This document shows, one piece after another, positions 1 to 9,516 of a DNA stretch of 64,000 bases. The stretch's first letter is position 1. Each line of letters opens with the position of its first letter. The notes beneath the pieces are model-generated. The model saw nothing but the letters and a program-made list of their open reading frames with translations. It ran no database searches and was not told where the DNA came from. The position numbers were made by a program, and so were the translations under genes. The stretch is taken from positions 242-64,241 of the forward strand of contig JABGTJ010000112.1 in assembly GCA_018691345.1 (NCBI GenBank), written 5' to 3'. Source of the DNA: Methanobacteriota archaeon. GTDB lineage: Archaea; Thermoplasmatota; Poseidoniia; Poseidoniales; Poseidoniaceae.

Positions 1-1733
1 CCAGATGCATCGAGGGTAATGTTGTCAAAGGTGTATTCGCCTTCATCGTAGGTAAACGATGCAGTTGGAGCGCGACCGATGAAAATGTCTACACTTGCAT
101 CGTTGTTTGACCGATTCGCATCTTCAGTTACCAGTTCATCAGGGTCAACAGTAAACGATAGAGATTGGTTACCAATTGCTGCATCTGCGGGTACAGTCCA
201 GTTTACTGTTATGCGTTGTTCACTGTACGAAGCAATTGCTGGAACAGATTCACGTATGTTCGTTCCATCAGGTGTGATGACTTCAATTTCTGTCGCAGGA
301 GAACTAAGTACGCCACGGTTTTGGGCAGGAATCGAAAACATCAGTACATCACCTGGAAGAGCCGCATATCCAATAGCTTGGTTCAGGGTGACAGCATCAG
401 TTCCTCGTGAACGCGTGACAATAATTGAATCGGATTGTGCCACTAAGTCAATGCCAACAACATTGAGGTCGATAACAACAGTAGTAGCACCAATTATTTT
501 GTTTACAGGGTCCCACACGATGACTCCATTGCTTGAATAATCATCGCTTGAAGGTGTTGTATCCATTCCATTGGAGACATTCAGCGTATAATTTACAATT
601 CCAGAGCCATCAGTCATAGGATTCGCTAAAAGATTGGTAGATTCATAACGCACTTGCATGTTTTTATTGGCTTGGGGGGCGAATCCGGGAGACGTCTCAT
701 AGGTTGCGGTAAGCACTTGCTCGGAATCAGGTAACGTGGCAAGGAATTGTAAATCGATGTCGACAGCCACATTCCGTGTACCGGGTGTTGAGGTATCGGT
801 AAAACCGTAGGAATCGGCTGGGTTGTATGTTTTCAATAACCAATCGATTGTAAATCCAGCAGCATTTGAAACCCTCATCCAAGAGTTGTATCGGACGGCG
901 GGGCAATACCAGTTGTACCCTTGGGCAACGCCAGTTTCGTTCCATTCGTTAATTTTGAAAGAATCATCACATCCAGTATATTGAATGTTATTTGTTCCGT
1001 CGGTTGGGACACCCTCAGCAGTAATCTGCCAACTGTTGTTTTCGGGACCGGCAGTGTCAAAGGTATTCGGGTCGAAGTAATCCGAAGTACCGCTCACTGT
1101 TGTGGATGAGAAGAATGGCATGTACCATTGGTCCCCAACATGGAGTGGGAAATCATACTTTTCTTTTGCCGGAGAGTAACTTGTATCGAAAGTAATGACT
1201 CCAATATCCTGTGTGAGGAACCCTGCAGGGAATCCAAATATGCATGGGACAAATTTGACATCGAGGGTGAATTTAGAATTGATGACTCCTAAGTCTCGAA
1301 CACGGATTAAATCATCGCCGCTGTAATCGATATCCAACCTGCCTGTAGTTCCATCAAGACTCGCTCCACACGGATCGCTATTTGTTGAACTTGAGAATTG
1401 ACCCTCGATCAACAACTGGTACGCCAAATTCTGTGTTCCGCTCGTGGAAATGAAGAGTGTATTATTCAACGTGTAGGTTGTGTCACCGGTAAGGGTGTTG
1501 AGGGATGCGGAAACATTGGCTTGTGCAATCAGTTGAGCGACATCAAACTTGGTCTCATAGACCCACTCATCGCCAATACGCCATGTAGGGACGTCGATGT
1601 CTTTGTTCCATCCTTCAGCATGCTGGACATCTTGTTCTGAGAGCGCCAAAGTCTGGTAGGATACCATGCTCGACAACGGAGCGGCAAACATCAGGAATAT
1701 CAATCCAAAGACAACTGGGCCAAAGCGATTCAT
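1..1733 (-). CDS. Large secreted/surface protein, CARDB/PKD-type (5' part; runs off the window start); paralog of the adjacent 1793..5374 gene
   Basis: Not in the ORF track. Manual minus-strand translation of both ends from ATG at 1733: MNRFGPVVFGLIFLMFAAPLSS (signal peptide)...DVPTWRIGDEWVYETKFD... and ...VDIFIGRAPTASFTYDEGEYTFDNITLDAS in the same frame at the window edge. Matches the neighbour's DVPTWKVGDKWIYAGTFD and MFVGRLPTP motifs. Confidence 0.85.
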   Translation of the reverse strand, partial: MNRFGPVVFGLIFLMFAAPLSSMVSYQTLALSEQDVQHAEGWNKDIDVPTWRIGDEWVYETKFDVAQLIAQANVSASLNTLTGDTTYTLNNTLFISTSGTQNLAYQLLIEGQFSSSTNSDPCGASLDGTTGRLDIDYSGDDLIRVRDLGVINSKFTLDVKFVPCIFGFPAGFLTQDIGVITFDTSYSPAKEKYDFPLHVGDQWYMPFFSSTTVSGTSDYFDPNTFDTAGPENNSWQITAEGVPTDGTNNIQYTGCDDSFKINEWNETGVAQGYNWYCPAVRYNSWMRVSNAAGFTIDWLLKTYNPADSYGFTDTSTPGTRNVAVDIDLQFLATLPDSEQVLTATYETSPGFAPQANKNMQVRYESTNLLANPMTDGSGIVNYTLNVSNGMDTTPSSDDYSSNGVIVWDPVNKIIGATTVVIDLNVVGIDLVAQSDSIIVTRSRGTDAVTLNQAIGYAALPGDVLMFSIPAQNRGVLSSPATEIEVITPDGTNIRESVPAIASYSEQRITVNWTVPADAAIGNQSLSFTVDPDELVTEDANRSNNDASVDIFIGRAPTASFTYDEGEYTFDNITLDAS

Positions 1734-1775
1734 ACTACTCCGACAGCGTCCTCCTACTTGAGAGGCTTGATTTCT

Positions 1776-1790
1776 CGTCCCGTAGGGACG
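1776..1790 (-). terminator. Short GC-rich hairpin just downstream of the 1793 stop codon (possible terminator or processing stem)
   Basis: CGTCCC-GTA-GGGACG, a perfect 6-bp inverted repeat 2 nt past the stop. Function is inferred. Confidence 0.3.
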
Positions 1791-1792
1791 GT

Positions 1793-4700
1793 TCAAGGAT
1801 GGGATGCTTGGGCATCGAGGTATTGTTGGCCGTAATGCGACCATTGTTCAGCAGTCCATCCTTCTGGAATGCCATCCGTAGGAGCCGGTGGGCCTTGTTC
1901 GAGGAGCGGTTCTGAAAACGGTACATCCATTTCAGGGATTGTTGGTCTTGGTGGCGTGATTGTCACGTCATCTCCTTCCGAGGAAAACATTTGATTGGAT
2001 GGAGGAGTTGTTGGCCTTCGAGACTGAACTTGGTCGAGGAGTGCTTGGGTTTCGAATTCACGTTCAGCAGGGTCGACGCTCTCCATGTCGGCATTTTGCC
2101 ACGGATCATCCGACGCCTTTCTTTTCCGTCTTCGAGTCATGAGTGCTAAAATCAAAAGCGCAGATACCAGCAGGCCGAGTTGGGCAAGAGGGTTCGCATC
2201 CTCGCCGATGAAAGCAGCACTCACTTGCTCGATGGATGTCCTTTCAGGTGGCGCCACATCGATGGACATGGTTGATTGTCCTGGGCGTTCAGGGTTCTCA
2301 TCCCACGCCATTGCCTTGACGCGAACGGTGCCTGAGTCGCGGAAAATGTGAGTCACTGAAGAGCCGACTAGGTCTGCATCGTTGTCTTTGATGCCGTCAC
2401 CATTGCTGTCAACGGTGATGTCCAAGTCCCAAACAATGGTGAGCCCTTCAAGGTCATTGAGTGAATCAATGGTCTGCTCTGCGCTGAGGTAACATTCCCT
2501 GTAAGCAACGCATTCTGTGTTTTGTAATCTCACAATTGGTGGCATGTTCAGGACTTCAATGACCAAGACTTCGCTTGTTTGTGCACCGTCATCATCGGTG
2601 ACGTGGTAGATGATGGTATGCGAGCCACTTCTGTTCCAAGCATAGGTGAGTACATCGCCTGCAATGTCGCAATCATCATCCGCACCTCCGATATCATCGC
2701 TGTCGATTCCCGGATCGATGTCCCAACACTTCACAAGTGATTCTATGTCACTTTCTGTATCGGTAGAATTCCCTTCAATCGTCACAGATTGACCTTCCGC
2801 AATTGGAAGGAGTGAGACCAATGGCTGCACGACAGGGGGTACATTTCGGATGTTAATCCATCGCTCTTCAATCATGCTTGCTTCACCGTCAGAATCACGA
2901 ACTTCTAAGCGGATTGTGTGAAGTCCTGCTGTGTTCCACTGCATAGGGAAGGTCGATGTCCGCCCGTTGAATGAGTACATCAAGGATGGTTGTTCCCCAT
3001 CAGGCCACCATGTGTGGGTTAACGTTTCTAAATCATCGATTGAATCGAGCGCTTGACCTTTGACCACGATTTCCTCGTCTTCATCCAGGTGCCAAATCTG
3101 CTGTTCATCACTTTCGAGGAACTGGTTGTTCTTCTGCAAAGCAATTGAGGTGCCGTGCGGTGCGATGTTGGTGAATTGAATTTCGATGGTTGCTGGCGTA
3201 ATGGCGTAATCGTCATCGGTCGCTACGGCAGTAAAGGTATGCAGACCCTCAGTTGGGGCTGTTGTCGTACATACTCGAGTGTAATACCCTTCCTTACACA
3301 GGGTGTCTGGCCAATAAACATCGACAGCTCCGGGCCATACCTCCTCCGAATCAGAATCGTTGGCAAAGGCATAGAGTGTGATGGGATGCTCAACTTTTAC
3401 TTCCGTTCTCGAACTGAGGATTTGAATCTCTGGATTTCGGTTCGCAATGAGAACACTCATGATGGCAGTTTGCTCATCTTTTTCCTCATCAGTCACGGTA
3501 ACTTCAACTGGATAGTTTCCGTCATCCATCCATGTCCAGTTGACGGCACAGGATGGCGAAGGGACCGTTTCCCATGCCCAGTTCCTCGAACCATCATCGT
3601 ACGGAATTTTGAATTCACAGGACACAGTGCCTCCATCTTCGTCAAAACTTTCATTGGCAGAGAGTTGCAAAGGTTCCAGAGTCATTGCTGTTGAGTCGGT
3701 AAAAACCGGGGTCGGTAATCGTCCGACGAACATAGAAAGGAACGCTTGATCGTTGGTTGAATTTGCATCTGCGGTGTTGATTCCTTCGGGGTCTGCTTGC
3801 CAAGAGACTGGGATAATACCAATCGCTTGGTCGCTTGGTACCGTCCAAGTAAAGTTGACTTTGTGAGCCTCATAGGTCGCCAGTGACGGAAGTGGATGAG
3901 AAGATATCTGTCCATCTGGTTGTGTAATCGTCATGGTTGCCGGCGTACTGGCAGAAATTCCTCGGTTTTGAACAGCGACTTCGATAAGTAGCTCATCGTT
4001 CGGTAAGATATTCCAGCCAGAGAGCGAATTGAGTTCAGTAAGTTCTCCGCTTCGGTTTCGCAGAACCTTGCCGAAATCTTCGCTTGCAATCAGGTCCAAG
4101 CCAATCAAATATTCGTCGAGTGTGACGGTAGTTGAACCGACTGAAGTTCCAAACGAAGAACCAGCACTGGGTTGGATTCGTGCCACTATGCCGTGGCTTG
4201 CCCAGTCGAGAGCCGAACCAGAAGGGTCTCTTTCATCCCCGGCATCAATGACGACATAGGCACTTCCGTTGCTTTCTGTCGTCGCCAGTTGAACGTTACC
4301 TGTTGCCTCGTGGCGAATTTCAACTGGAATCCCGCTCGTTGTAGAAAAGCAACTTGAAGAGGCATTGACCCAAACCCCCATCGGTGTATTGAGTGCAGTA
4401 ATTTTACTCTCTAAATCAACCGCTAAACACTCGTCACGGACACCGGGGTTGGTGTATTGGTCAAGGCCAGTTGAATCAAGTGGAATGTATTGTTTAAGTC
4501 GGAAATCGATGACCAGCCCAATGTCGTCTTCGGTGTGCAGCCATGCAAAGTTTCTCGCTTCAGGGCAATACCAACGGTATCCCGTTGGCTCGCCATTGCT
4601 GTTAATCGAAGTCAGTTCGTAAGAAGCGTTGCAACCACCGTAGCCAATGGTTAGCCCGTAGCTGTTGCGTGGTTTTCCAATATTCGTGACCTCCCAAGTG

Positions 4701-5374
4701 GTGCTGTTCGTATCGGTTGTAGGAACGGGGAACGGCGTGATGTAATCGCTTGAACCGGACCATGCGGTGGATGCAGTTGTTGTTGTCGTCCACTGCTCAT
4801 CGGCTCGAATCGGGAAGTCATACACTTCGTTTACAGGGCTGTATGTGTTGGTGATGGTGATGTCACCGAGAATTTGCGCAAGGCTCGAAAGGCCAAATGG
4901 GACGAATCGGATGTATAATTCTAAGTCACTTCTCATCGAGGACAAGTCACTGACGCGCAGATATTCCGTTTGTTCAAAAGTGATGTAGACGTTACCGCTG
5001 TATCCGTCAAGCGAGACGCCTGATTTGTCAAAGTTGGCTGAGGTCCGTAAGGTGTAGGCAAGCACAGACTTGTTGTCAACAGTCCGTTCGGTGATGGCCA
5101 TGACTTCAGCCGTAGAATCGCCGTTAATTTCCCCAACAGTCGCTTGGACTCCTGAATCGGTAACGAGTTTTGTTGGATCGAAAGTCCCTGCATAAATCCA
5201 TTTGTCACCAACTTTCCATGTTGGTACATCACTCGCTCCTGGATTTTCAACTGAAAACTGGGGCGGATGTTGTTCGACTAACAACGGTTGGGTAAGCAGC
5301 GGTTGAGTGGTCGCCAGACACAGCAGAGCTACAAGCATCAAAGGAGATGCCAAGCGGAGCGAGGGTGTGCCCAT
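1793..5374 (-). CDS. Large membrane-anchored surface protein with CARDB and multiple PKD/Ig-like domains
   Basis: ORF 1793..5485; start moved to ATG 5374 to avoid overlap with tbp, and a hydrophobic signal follows. CARDB-like IEVAVQNRG...VNFTWTVP...NSTND; PKD-like GNYPVEVTVTD, GLHTIRLEVRD, GSHTIIYHVTDDDG; C-terminal TM + RRRKRK + Pro-rich tail ending GIPEGWTAEQWSHYGQQYL. Confidence 0.85.
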   Translation of the reverse strand: MGTPSLRLASPLMLVALLCLATTQPLLTQPLLVEQHPPQFSVENPGASDVPTWKVGDKWIYAGTFDPTKLVTDSGVQATVGEINGDSTAEVMAITERTVDNKSVLAYTLRTSANFDKSGVSLDGYSGNVYITFEQTEYLRVSDLSSMRSDLELYIRFVPFGLSSLAQILGDITITNTYSPVNEVYDFPIRADEQWTTTTTASTAWSGSSDYITPFPVPTTDTNSTTWEVTNIGKPRNSYGLTIGYGGCNASYELTSINSNGEPTGYRWYCPEARNFAWLHTEDDIGLVIDFRLKQYIPLDSTGLDQYTNPGVRDECLAVDLESKITALNTPMGVWVNASSSCFSTTSGIPVEIRHEATGNVQLATTESNGSAYVVIDAGDERDPSGSALDWASHGIVARIQPSAGSSFGTSVGSTTVTLDEYLIGLDLIASEDFGKVLRNRSGELTELNSLSGWNILPNDELLIEVAVQNRGISASTPATMTITQPDGQISSHPLPSLATYEAHKVNFTWTVPSDQAIGIIPVSWQADPEGINTADANSTNDQAFLSMFVGRLPTPVFTDSTAMTLEPLQLSANESFDEDGGTVSCEFKIPYDDGSRNWAWETVPSPSCAVNWTWMDDGNYPVEVTVTDEEKDEQTAIMSVLIANRNPEIQILSSRTEVKVEHPITLYAFANDSDSEEVWPGAVDVYWPDTLCKEGYYTRVCTTTAPTEGLHTFTAVATDDDYAITPATIEIQFTNIAPHGTSIALQKNNQFLESDEQQIWHLDEDEEIVVKGQALDSIDDLETLTHTWWPDGEQPSLMYSFNGRTSTFPMQWNTAGLHTIRLEVRDSDGEASMIEERWINIRNVPPVVQPLVSLLPIAEGQSVTIEGNSTDTESDIESLVKCWDIDPGIDSDDIGGADDDCDIAGDVLTYAWNRSGSHTIIYHVTDDDGAQTSEVLVIEVLNMPPIVRLQNTECVAYRECYLSAEQTIDSLNDLEGLTIVWDLDITVDSNGDGIKDNDADLVGSSVTHIFRDSGTVRVKAMAWDENPERPGQSTMSIDVAPPERTSIEQVSAAFIGEDANPLAQLGLLVSALLILALMTRRRKRKASDDPWQNADMESVDPAEREFETQALLDQVQSRRPTTPPSNQMFSSEGDDVTITPPRPTIPEMDVPFSEPLLEQGPPAPTDGIPEGWTAEQWSHYGQQYLDAQASHP

Positions 5375-5429
5375 GTTGGGCCACACTCGCAATAGGACAT
5401 CAAGACTTCTCTTGACCTCATTGAGAAAT

Positions 5430-6044
5430 TCAAAGAAGGTCTGCCAATTCGTCCTTGATAATTTCGACTGCTTCGAGGATTTCATCCTTGTGACGTGCGC
5501 CGGTAATCACCATCTTTCCGCTTCCGAAAATCAAGCAAACAACCTTTGGGTAGTCGAGTCGGTAAATCAAACCGGGGAATTGTTCTGGTTCGTATTCGAC
5601 CTTGTCAAAGGGCAAGTGGAAGGTGAGGTTGTTGAGGTTGAGTTTACGAGGGACTCCAGCAAGAGGCTCATTGGTGAACTTGTCGTTTCCGTCGTAGTCT
5701 TCAGGATAGTGAAGAGCGTAGGTTGCAACCATGTTTTGTACTTCAATTTCCACTTGGTCCAGGTCCCAAGTTTCTATTCCAGCGTCACGTAGATCTGCAA
5801 TCATTCTCTCGATTCCAGTTTCGATGTTTGCTTCGTCTTTACCACCGGTACAAACTGCACGCCCAGAGCGGAACATGAGGATAGCAAGTTTTGGATCAGT
5901 AACACGGTAAACGACACCAGGGAATTGCTCAGGTTCGTATTCGCAGTTGAGCTGGATTGCAATATCCGGCAAATCGAGTTCTTCGGCGACACGGGTGCTC
6001 GCTACAACATTCACTACAGTTAGACGTTCTTCATCGGTTGTCAT
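5430..6044 (-). CDS. tbp: TATA-box-binding protein
   Basis: Two direct repeats, NVVAS...YEPEQFPGVVYR...LMFRSGRAVCTG and NMVAT...YEPEQFPGLIYR...LIFGSGKMVITGA, diagnostic of archaeal TBP. Confidence 0.97.
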   Translation of the reverse strand: MTTDEERLTVVNVVASTRVAEELDLPDIAIQLNCEYEPEQFPGVVYRVTDPKLAILMFRSGRAVCTGGKDEANIETGIERMIADLRDAGIETWDLDQVEIEVQNMVATYALHYPEDYDGNDKFTNEPLAGVPRKLNLNNLTFHLPFDKVEYEPEQFPGLIYRLDYPKVVCLIFGSGKMVITGARHKDEILEAVEIIKDELADLL

Positions 6045-6054
6045 GATAGGCCCA

Positions 6055-6075
6055 TATATAACGACTATATAAAAA
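6055..6075 (-). promoter_or_regulatory. TATA box(es) upstream of tbp
   Basis: Minus strand reads TTTTTATATA (6075-6066), about 22-31 nt before the ATG, then a second TTATATAT closer in. Spacing fits an archaeal promoter with a short or absent leader. Confidence 0.55.
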
Positions 6076-6130
6076 GAAGGCAGGCGCCTTACGAACTTTC
6101 ATGGGGGTAGATGGGGTGCTGCGAGCCATT

Positions 6131-7312
6131 TTATTGTGCATTGTCCCAAAGAGGCATATTTTCGCAAACATCGATGGTTAAGCCAGCATTACCAAACCTC
6201 GAAATGATGCTTCTTCCTCCAGCCAGTTCGATTGCTTCGCTGGTTTGTTTTGGATGCCTTGTGAGGGCAACCATGCACCCGCCTCCTCCAGCACCGGTGA
6301 GTTTGGCTCCAAGAGAAGTCGGTGCTGCGGCTCGAATAAGCGTTTCAAGTTCAGGACAAGAGACGCCAAGTCCTTGAAGCATGATTTGATTTTCAGACAT
6401 CGCCCTTCCGACTGCTTCAAAATCTCCATCCTTGAGGGATTGAATACCGCGGCGAGCAATCATTCCAATGGTTTGAATCTCTTTGATTCTCTCCGGCTTC
6501 GCTTCGATAGCTGCTGCAACTTTAGCGACTTGATTTGATGTGGGGGCATAAACGCCTGTGTTTCCAAGTACCAAATACAGGTCCTCGGCGGATTTAGGCA
6601 AATTGACAGAATGAAGATGCCAAGTTCGCTCTCCATCCTCCATCGTCAGTCGTCGAGTGTACAGATAGTCCACATCCGACTCGATAGAATCGCTCAGCAG
6701 TACTGCCCCGCCATGGGAGCATGTGGAAGCATCCATCGGGGAAGCACGTCCACCTTGAGATACAGCCTCTACAGCATGCCCCAGCAACGCTGATTCGTCG
6801 AGAGAGGCGACTTCTTTGCCGACGATATAGTGGGACCTTGGTAAATCGGCTTGCCGTGCAGAAATTTCACGGTTCTCATTCGTGTACACATCGCTATGTT
6901 CCAGGGTACTGGCATATCCTTCCGCCCATGTTTCAGGATTTTGTAAATCGTCAGTCGATGTGTACCAGCGCCCGCGAGCACAACGCAAAGCAGCGCTTGC
7001 AGCAACAGAAAGAGCGGCTGACGAACCAAGTCCAGAAGCAGGTGGGATATCTCCAGTCACTTGGATTGTAAGGCCGGGTGCACTTTGTGATGTCTGCCAC
7101 AGTCGATTACGAAGAGCCTGAACGTGTGGATGTTTCTTTGGATCAAATTGCATGCCGCCAATTTTCCAAGGCGTTTCTCCGGCTTTGACCGATTCGAACG
7201 TCACGGAAATGCGTTGCTCAATCGCCACAGCAACCGCCGGTTCGCCATAAACTACTGCGTGTTCACCGAACAGAATACACTTCCCAGGTGCGCTTGCTGT
7301 AACTCGACCCAT
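6131..7312 (-). CDS. mvk: Mevalonate kinase (GHMP kinase family)
   Basis: APGKCILFGEHAVVYG, PPASGLGSSAA and KLTGAGGGGC GHMP motifs, with the N-terminal motif typical of MVK. Confidence 0.88.
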   Translation of the reverse strand: MGRVTASAPGKCILFGEHAVVYGEPAVAVAIEQRISVTFESVKAGETPWKIGGMQFDPKKHPHVQALRNRLWQTSQSAPGLTIQVTGDIPPASGLGSSAALSVAASAALRCARGRWYTSTDDLQNPETWAEGYASTLEHSDVYTNENREISARQADLPRSHYIVGKEVASLDESALLGHAVEAVSQGGRASPMDASTCSHGGAVLLSDSIESDVDYLYTRRLTMEDGERTWHLHSVNLPKSAEDLYLVLGNTGVYAPTSNQVAKVAAAIEAKPERIKEIQTIGMIARRGIQSLKDGDFEAVGRAMSENQIMLQGLGVSCPELETLIRAAAPTSLGAKLTGAGGGGCMVALTRHPKQTSEAIELAGGRSIISRFGNAGLTIDVCENMPLWDNAQ

Positions 7313-7456
7313 GCTGTCCCCTTCGTGTTCACGAGGGACCTTCGCTTCATATCCCTTGTTCTCAGTTCACTGTCGATGAACAAGAATTGTCGGTGCATTG
7401 AAGGGATGAACGCGTCTGCCATTCTTTAGGGGAATGCTCCCTTGAGGTGAGTTACT

Positions 7457-9496
7457 ATGGAACATCCGTTAACAATGAGCTATGGACCAGTCTCTGGATG
7501 GATTCTCCTTTTGCTTCTTGGAGGTATTTCTGGAGGCTTCTTCCTTTATCAGGTTATCAAGGCTTCCCGTTTGGTCCTCAAAGGGGCACCAGACAACCGC
7601 TTTGACAACTGGGGGGCTCGAGTTTTAGAAGTCCTCACCGGCTGGCTTGGGCAAAAGAAAGTTCTGAAAGATCGAGTTGCTGGAGGTATTCACGTCCTCA
7701 TGTTTTGGGGCTTCCTCATGCTTTCAACAGATATGTTTGACTTGGCAACAGCGAATTGGTTCTCTCACAATGTTCTTCCAGAACTCCTACGAGGCCCTTG
7801 GAACCTTATTGTGGAAACAGGGTACACGATTGCTCTTGTTGGCTGTATGGCAGCGTTGACTCGCCGTGTAGCATTCACTCCAGAGAAACTCAAAGGAAAG
7901 TCGCAACTTGAAGGCAACGCGATTTTGTTGCTCATCATGACCATCACGGTCACGTCTTTCTTTGTGGAAGCCGGCGAATCAACGGTTTCATCAACATGGG
8001 AGCCAATCGGTTACTGGGTTGCATCTACCATTGTTCCAACGACGGCCCTTGTCGTTGGTGCTTACTGGATGCACATGCTTGCCATTTCGACTTTCTTGTT
8101 TTTGATTCCTCTTTCGAAGCACATGCACCTGGTCATGGCTTTCCCGAATGTGTTCTTCCACGACATGCGTCCAATGGGTACAATGGAGCCGCTGGCTCGA
8201 GGCGAGGACGGTAAGGCAGTTTCCCTTGAAGAACTCGACATCGAATCCTTTGGTACGGTCAACTACACGGACTTGACATGGCGCAATCTCATCGACGGTT
8301 GGGCCTGCACCTCATGTGCTCGCTGTCAAGACGTCTGTCCCGCTTATGCATCTGGCAAAGCACTCAATCCAATGCAAATTATCCACGATGTTCGTCACTA
8401 TGCTAACGACAATTCAACAGCACTTCTTGCTGGTGAAACTCCAGCACAGGACATTATTGCCCGGTTCGGTGAAGACGCTATTTGGGCGTGCACCACCTGC
8501 CACGCATGCGTCGAAGCTTGTCCGATTTACATCGACCATGTTCCAAAATTAACCGACGCACGCCGCCACCTCATGATGGAGCGGATGGAGTTTGACGAAT
8601 CCGTAGAGGATACCGTCATGCCACTCATGGCGACCATCGAAAACTTGGAGTCCGACTCGAATCCGTACGGTTTGCCTGCTCACGAGCGTGGTGACTGGGC
8701 TGCTGATTTAGACGTCAAGGTTGCAGAGCCTGCTGAATACATTTACTTCGCCGGATGCGCTGCTTCGTTCGATGAGCGCAACAAAAAGGTGGCAAGAGAT
8801 ACCATCAGCATCATGAAAGAAGCCGGATTGGATGTCGGAATACTCGGCATGCAAGAAGGCTGCAGTGGTGATGCTGCTCGGCGTGCGGGTAACGAATACC
8901 TTTTCCAGATGCTGGCAGAGACCAACCTCGAAACGTTCGAAGAAATCGGCGTCAAAAAGATTGTCGCCTCGTGCCCACACTGTTTCCATACCCTCGGAAA
9001 AGAATACAAAGACTACGGCGGAGAAGATATTGAAGTCATGCACCACTCACAACTCATCAGCCACTTGCAAAATGAAGGAAAGTTACCGCAACCGAAACAC
9101 GACGGTTCAGTGACCTATCACGATCCGTGCTATCTCGGACGTATCGGTGGCGAATTGGACGCACCTCGAGATGCAATCGGTGGCGTTGCTGTCGAAGCTG
9201 AACGGCACGGCAAGGACTCGTTCTGTTGCGGTGCAGGTGGGGCTCAAATGTGGATGGAAGAGCACGTTGATGATGACCACGACCGTGTGAACATCATTCG
9301 TTCAAAGGAACTGGCAAAGACCGGTGCCGAAACCGTTGCAGTCGGTTGTCCATTCTGTTCGACCATGGTCACAGATGGACTCAGCGCTATTGGTTCGGAA
9401 ATGGAAGTCAAGGATATCGCAGAGATTGTCTGGGAACAAATCAAGGCCAACGATGCCGCAATCGAAGCCAAAAAAGCGGAAACCGTTGACGCTTGA
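7457..9496 (+). CDS. Membrane-bound Fe-S oxidoreductase, FadF/HdrD-GlpC-like (TM region + 2x[4Fe-4S] + CCG domains)
   Basis: About 6 N-terminal TM helices; CTSCARCQDVCP and CTTCHACVEACP; CCG-domain motifs GCSGD, SCPHC, YHDPCYLGR, CCGAGG, GCPFC; GAGGTGA RBS upstream. Confidence 0.9.
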   Translation: MEHPLTMSYGPVSGWILLLLLGGISGGFFLYQVIKASRLVLKGAPDNRFDNWGARVLEVLTGWLGQKKVLKDRVAGGIHVLMFWGFLMLSTDMFDLATANWFSHNVLPELLRGPWNLIVETGYTIALVGCMAALTRRVAFTPEKLKGKSQLEGNAILLLIMTITVTSFFVEAGESTVSSTWEPIGYWVASTIVPTTALVVGAYWMHMLAISTFLFLIPLSKHMHLVMAFPNVFFHDMRPMGTMEPLARGEDGKAVSLEELDIESFGTVNYTDLTWRNLIDGWACTSCARCQDVCPAYASGKALNPMQIIHDVRHYANDNSTALLAGETPAQDIIARFGEDAIWACTTCHACVEACPIYIDHVPKLTDARRHLMMERMEFDESVEDTVMPLMATIENLESDSNPYGLPAHERGDWAADLDVKVAEPAEYIYFAGCAASFDERNKKVARDTISIMKEAGLDVGILGMQEGCSGDAARRAGNEYLFQMLAETNLETFEEIGVKKIVASCPHCFHTLGKEYKDYGGEDIEVMHHSQLISHLQNEGKLPQPKHDGSVTYHDPCYLGRIGGELDAPRDAIGGVAVEAERHGKDSFCCGAGGAQMWMEEHVDDDHDRVNIIRSKELAKTGAETVAVGCPFCSTMVTDGLSAIGSEMEVKDIAEIVWEQIKANDAAIEAKKAETVDA

Positions 9497-9516
9497 GCAA
9501 CCGCTGAGGTGGCACC

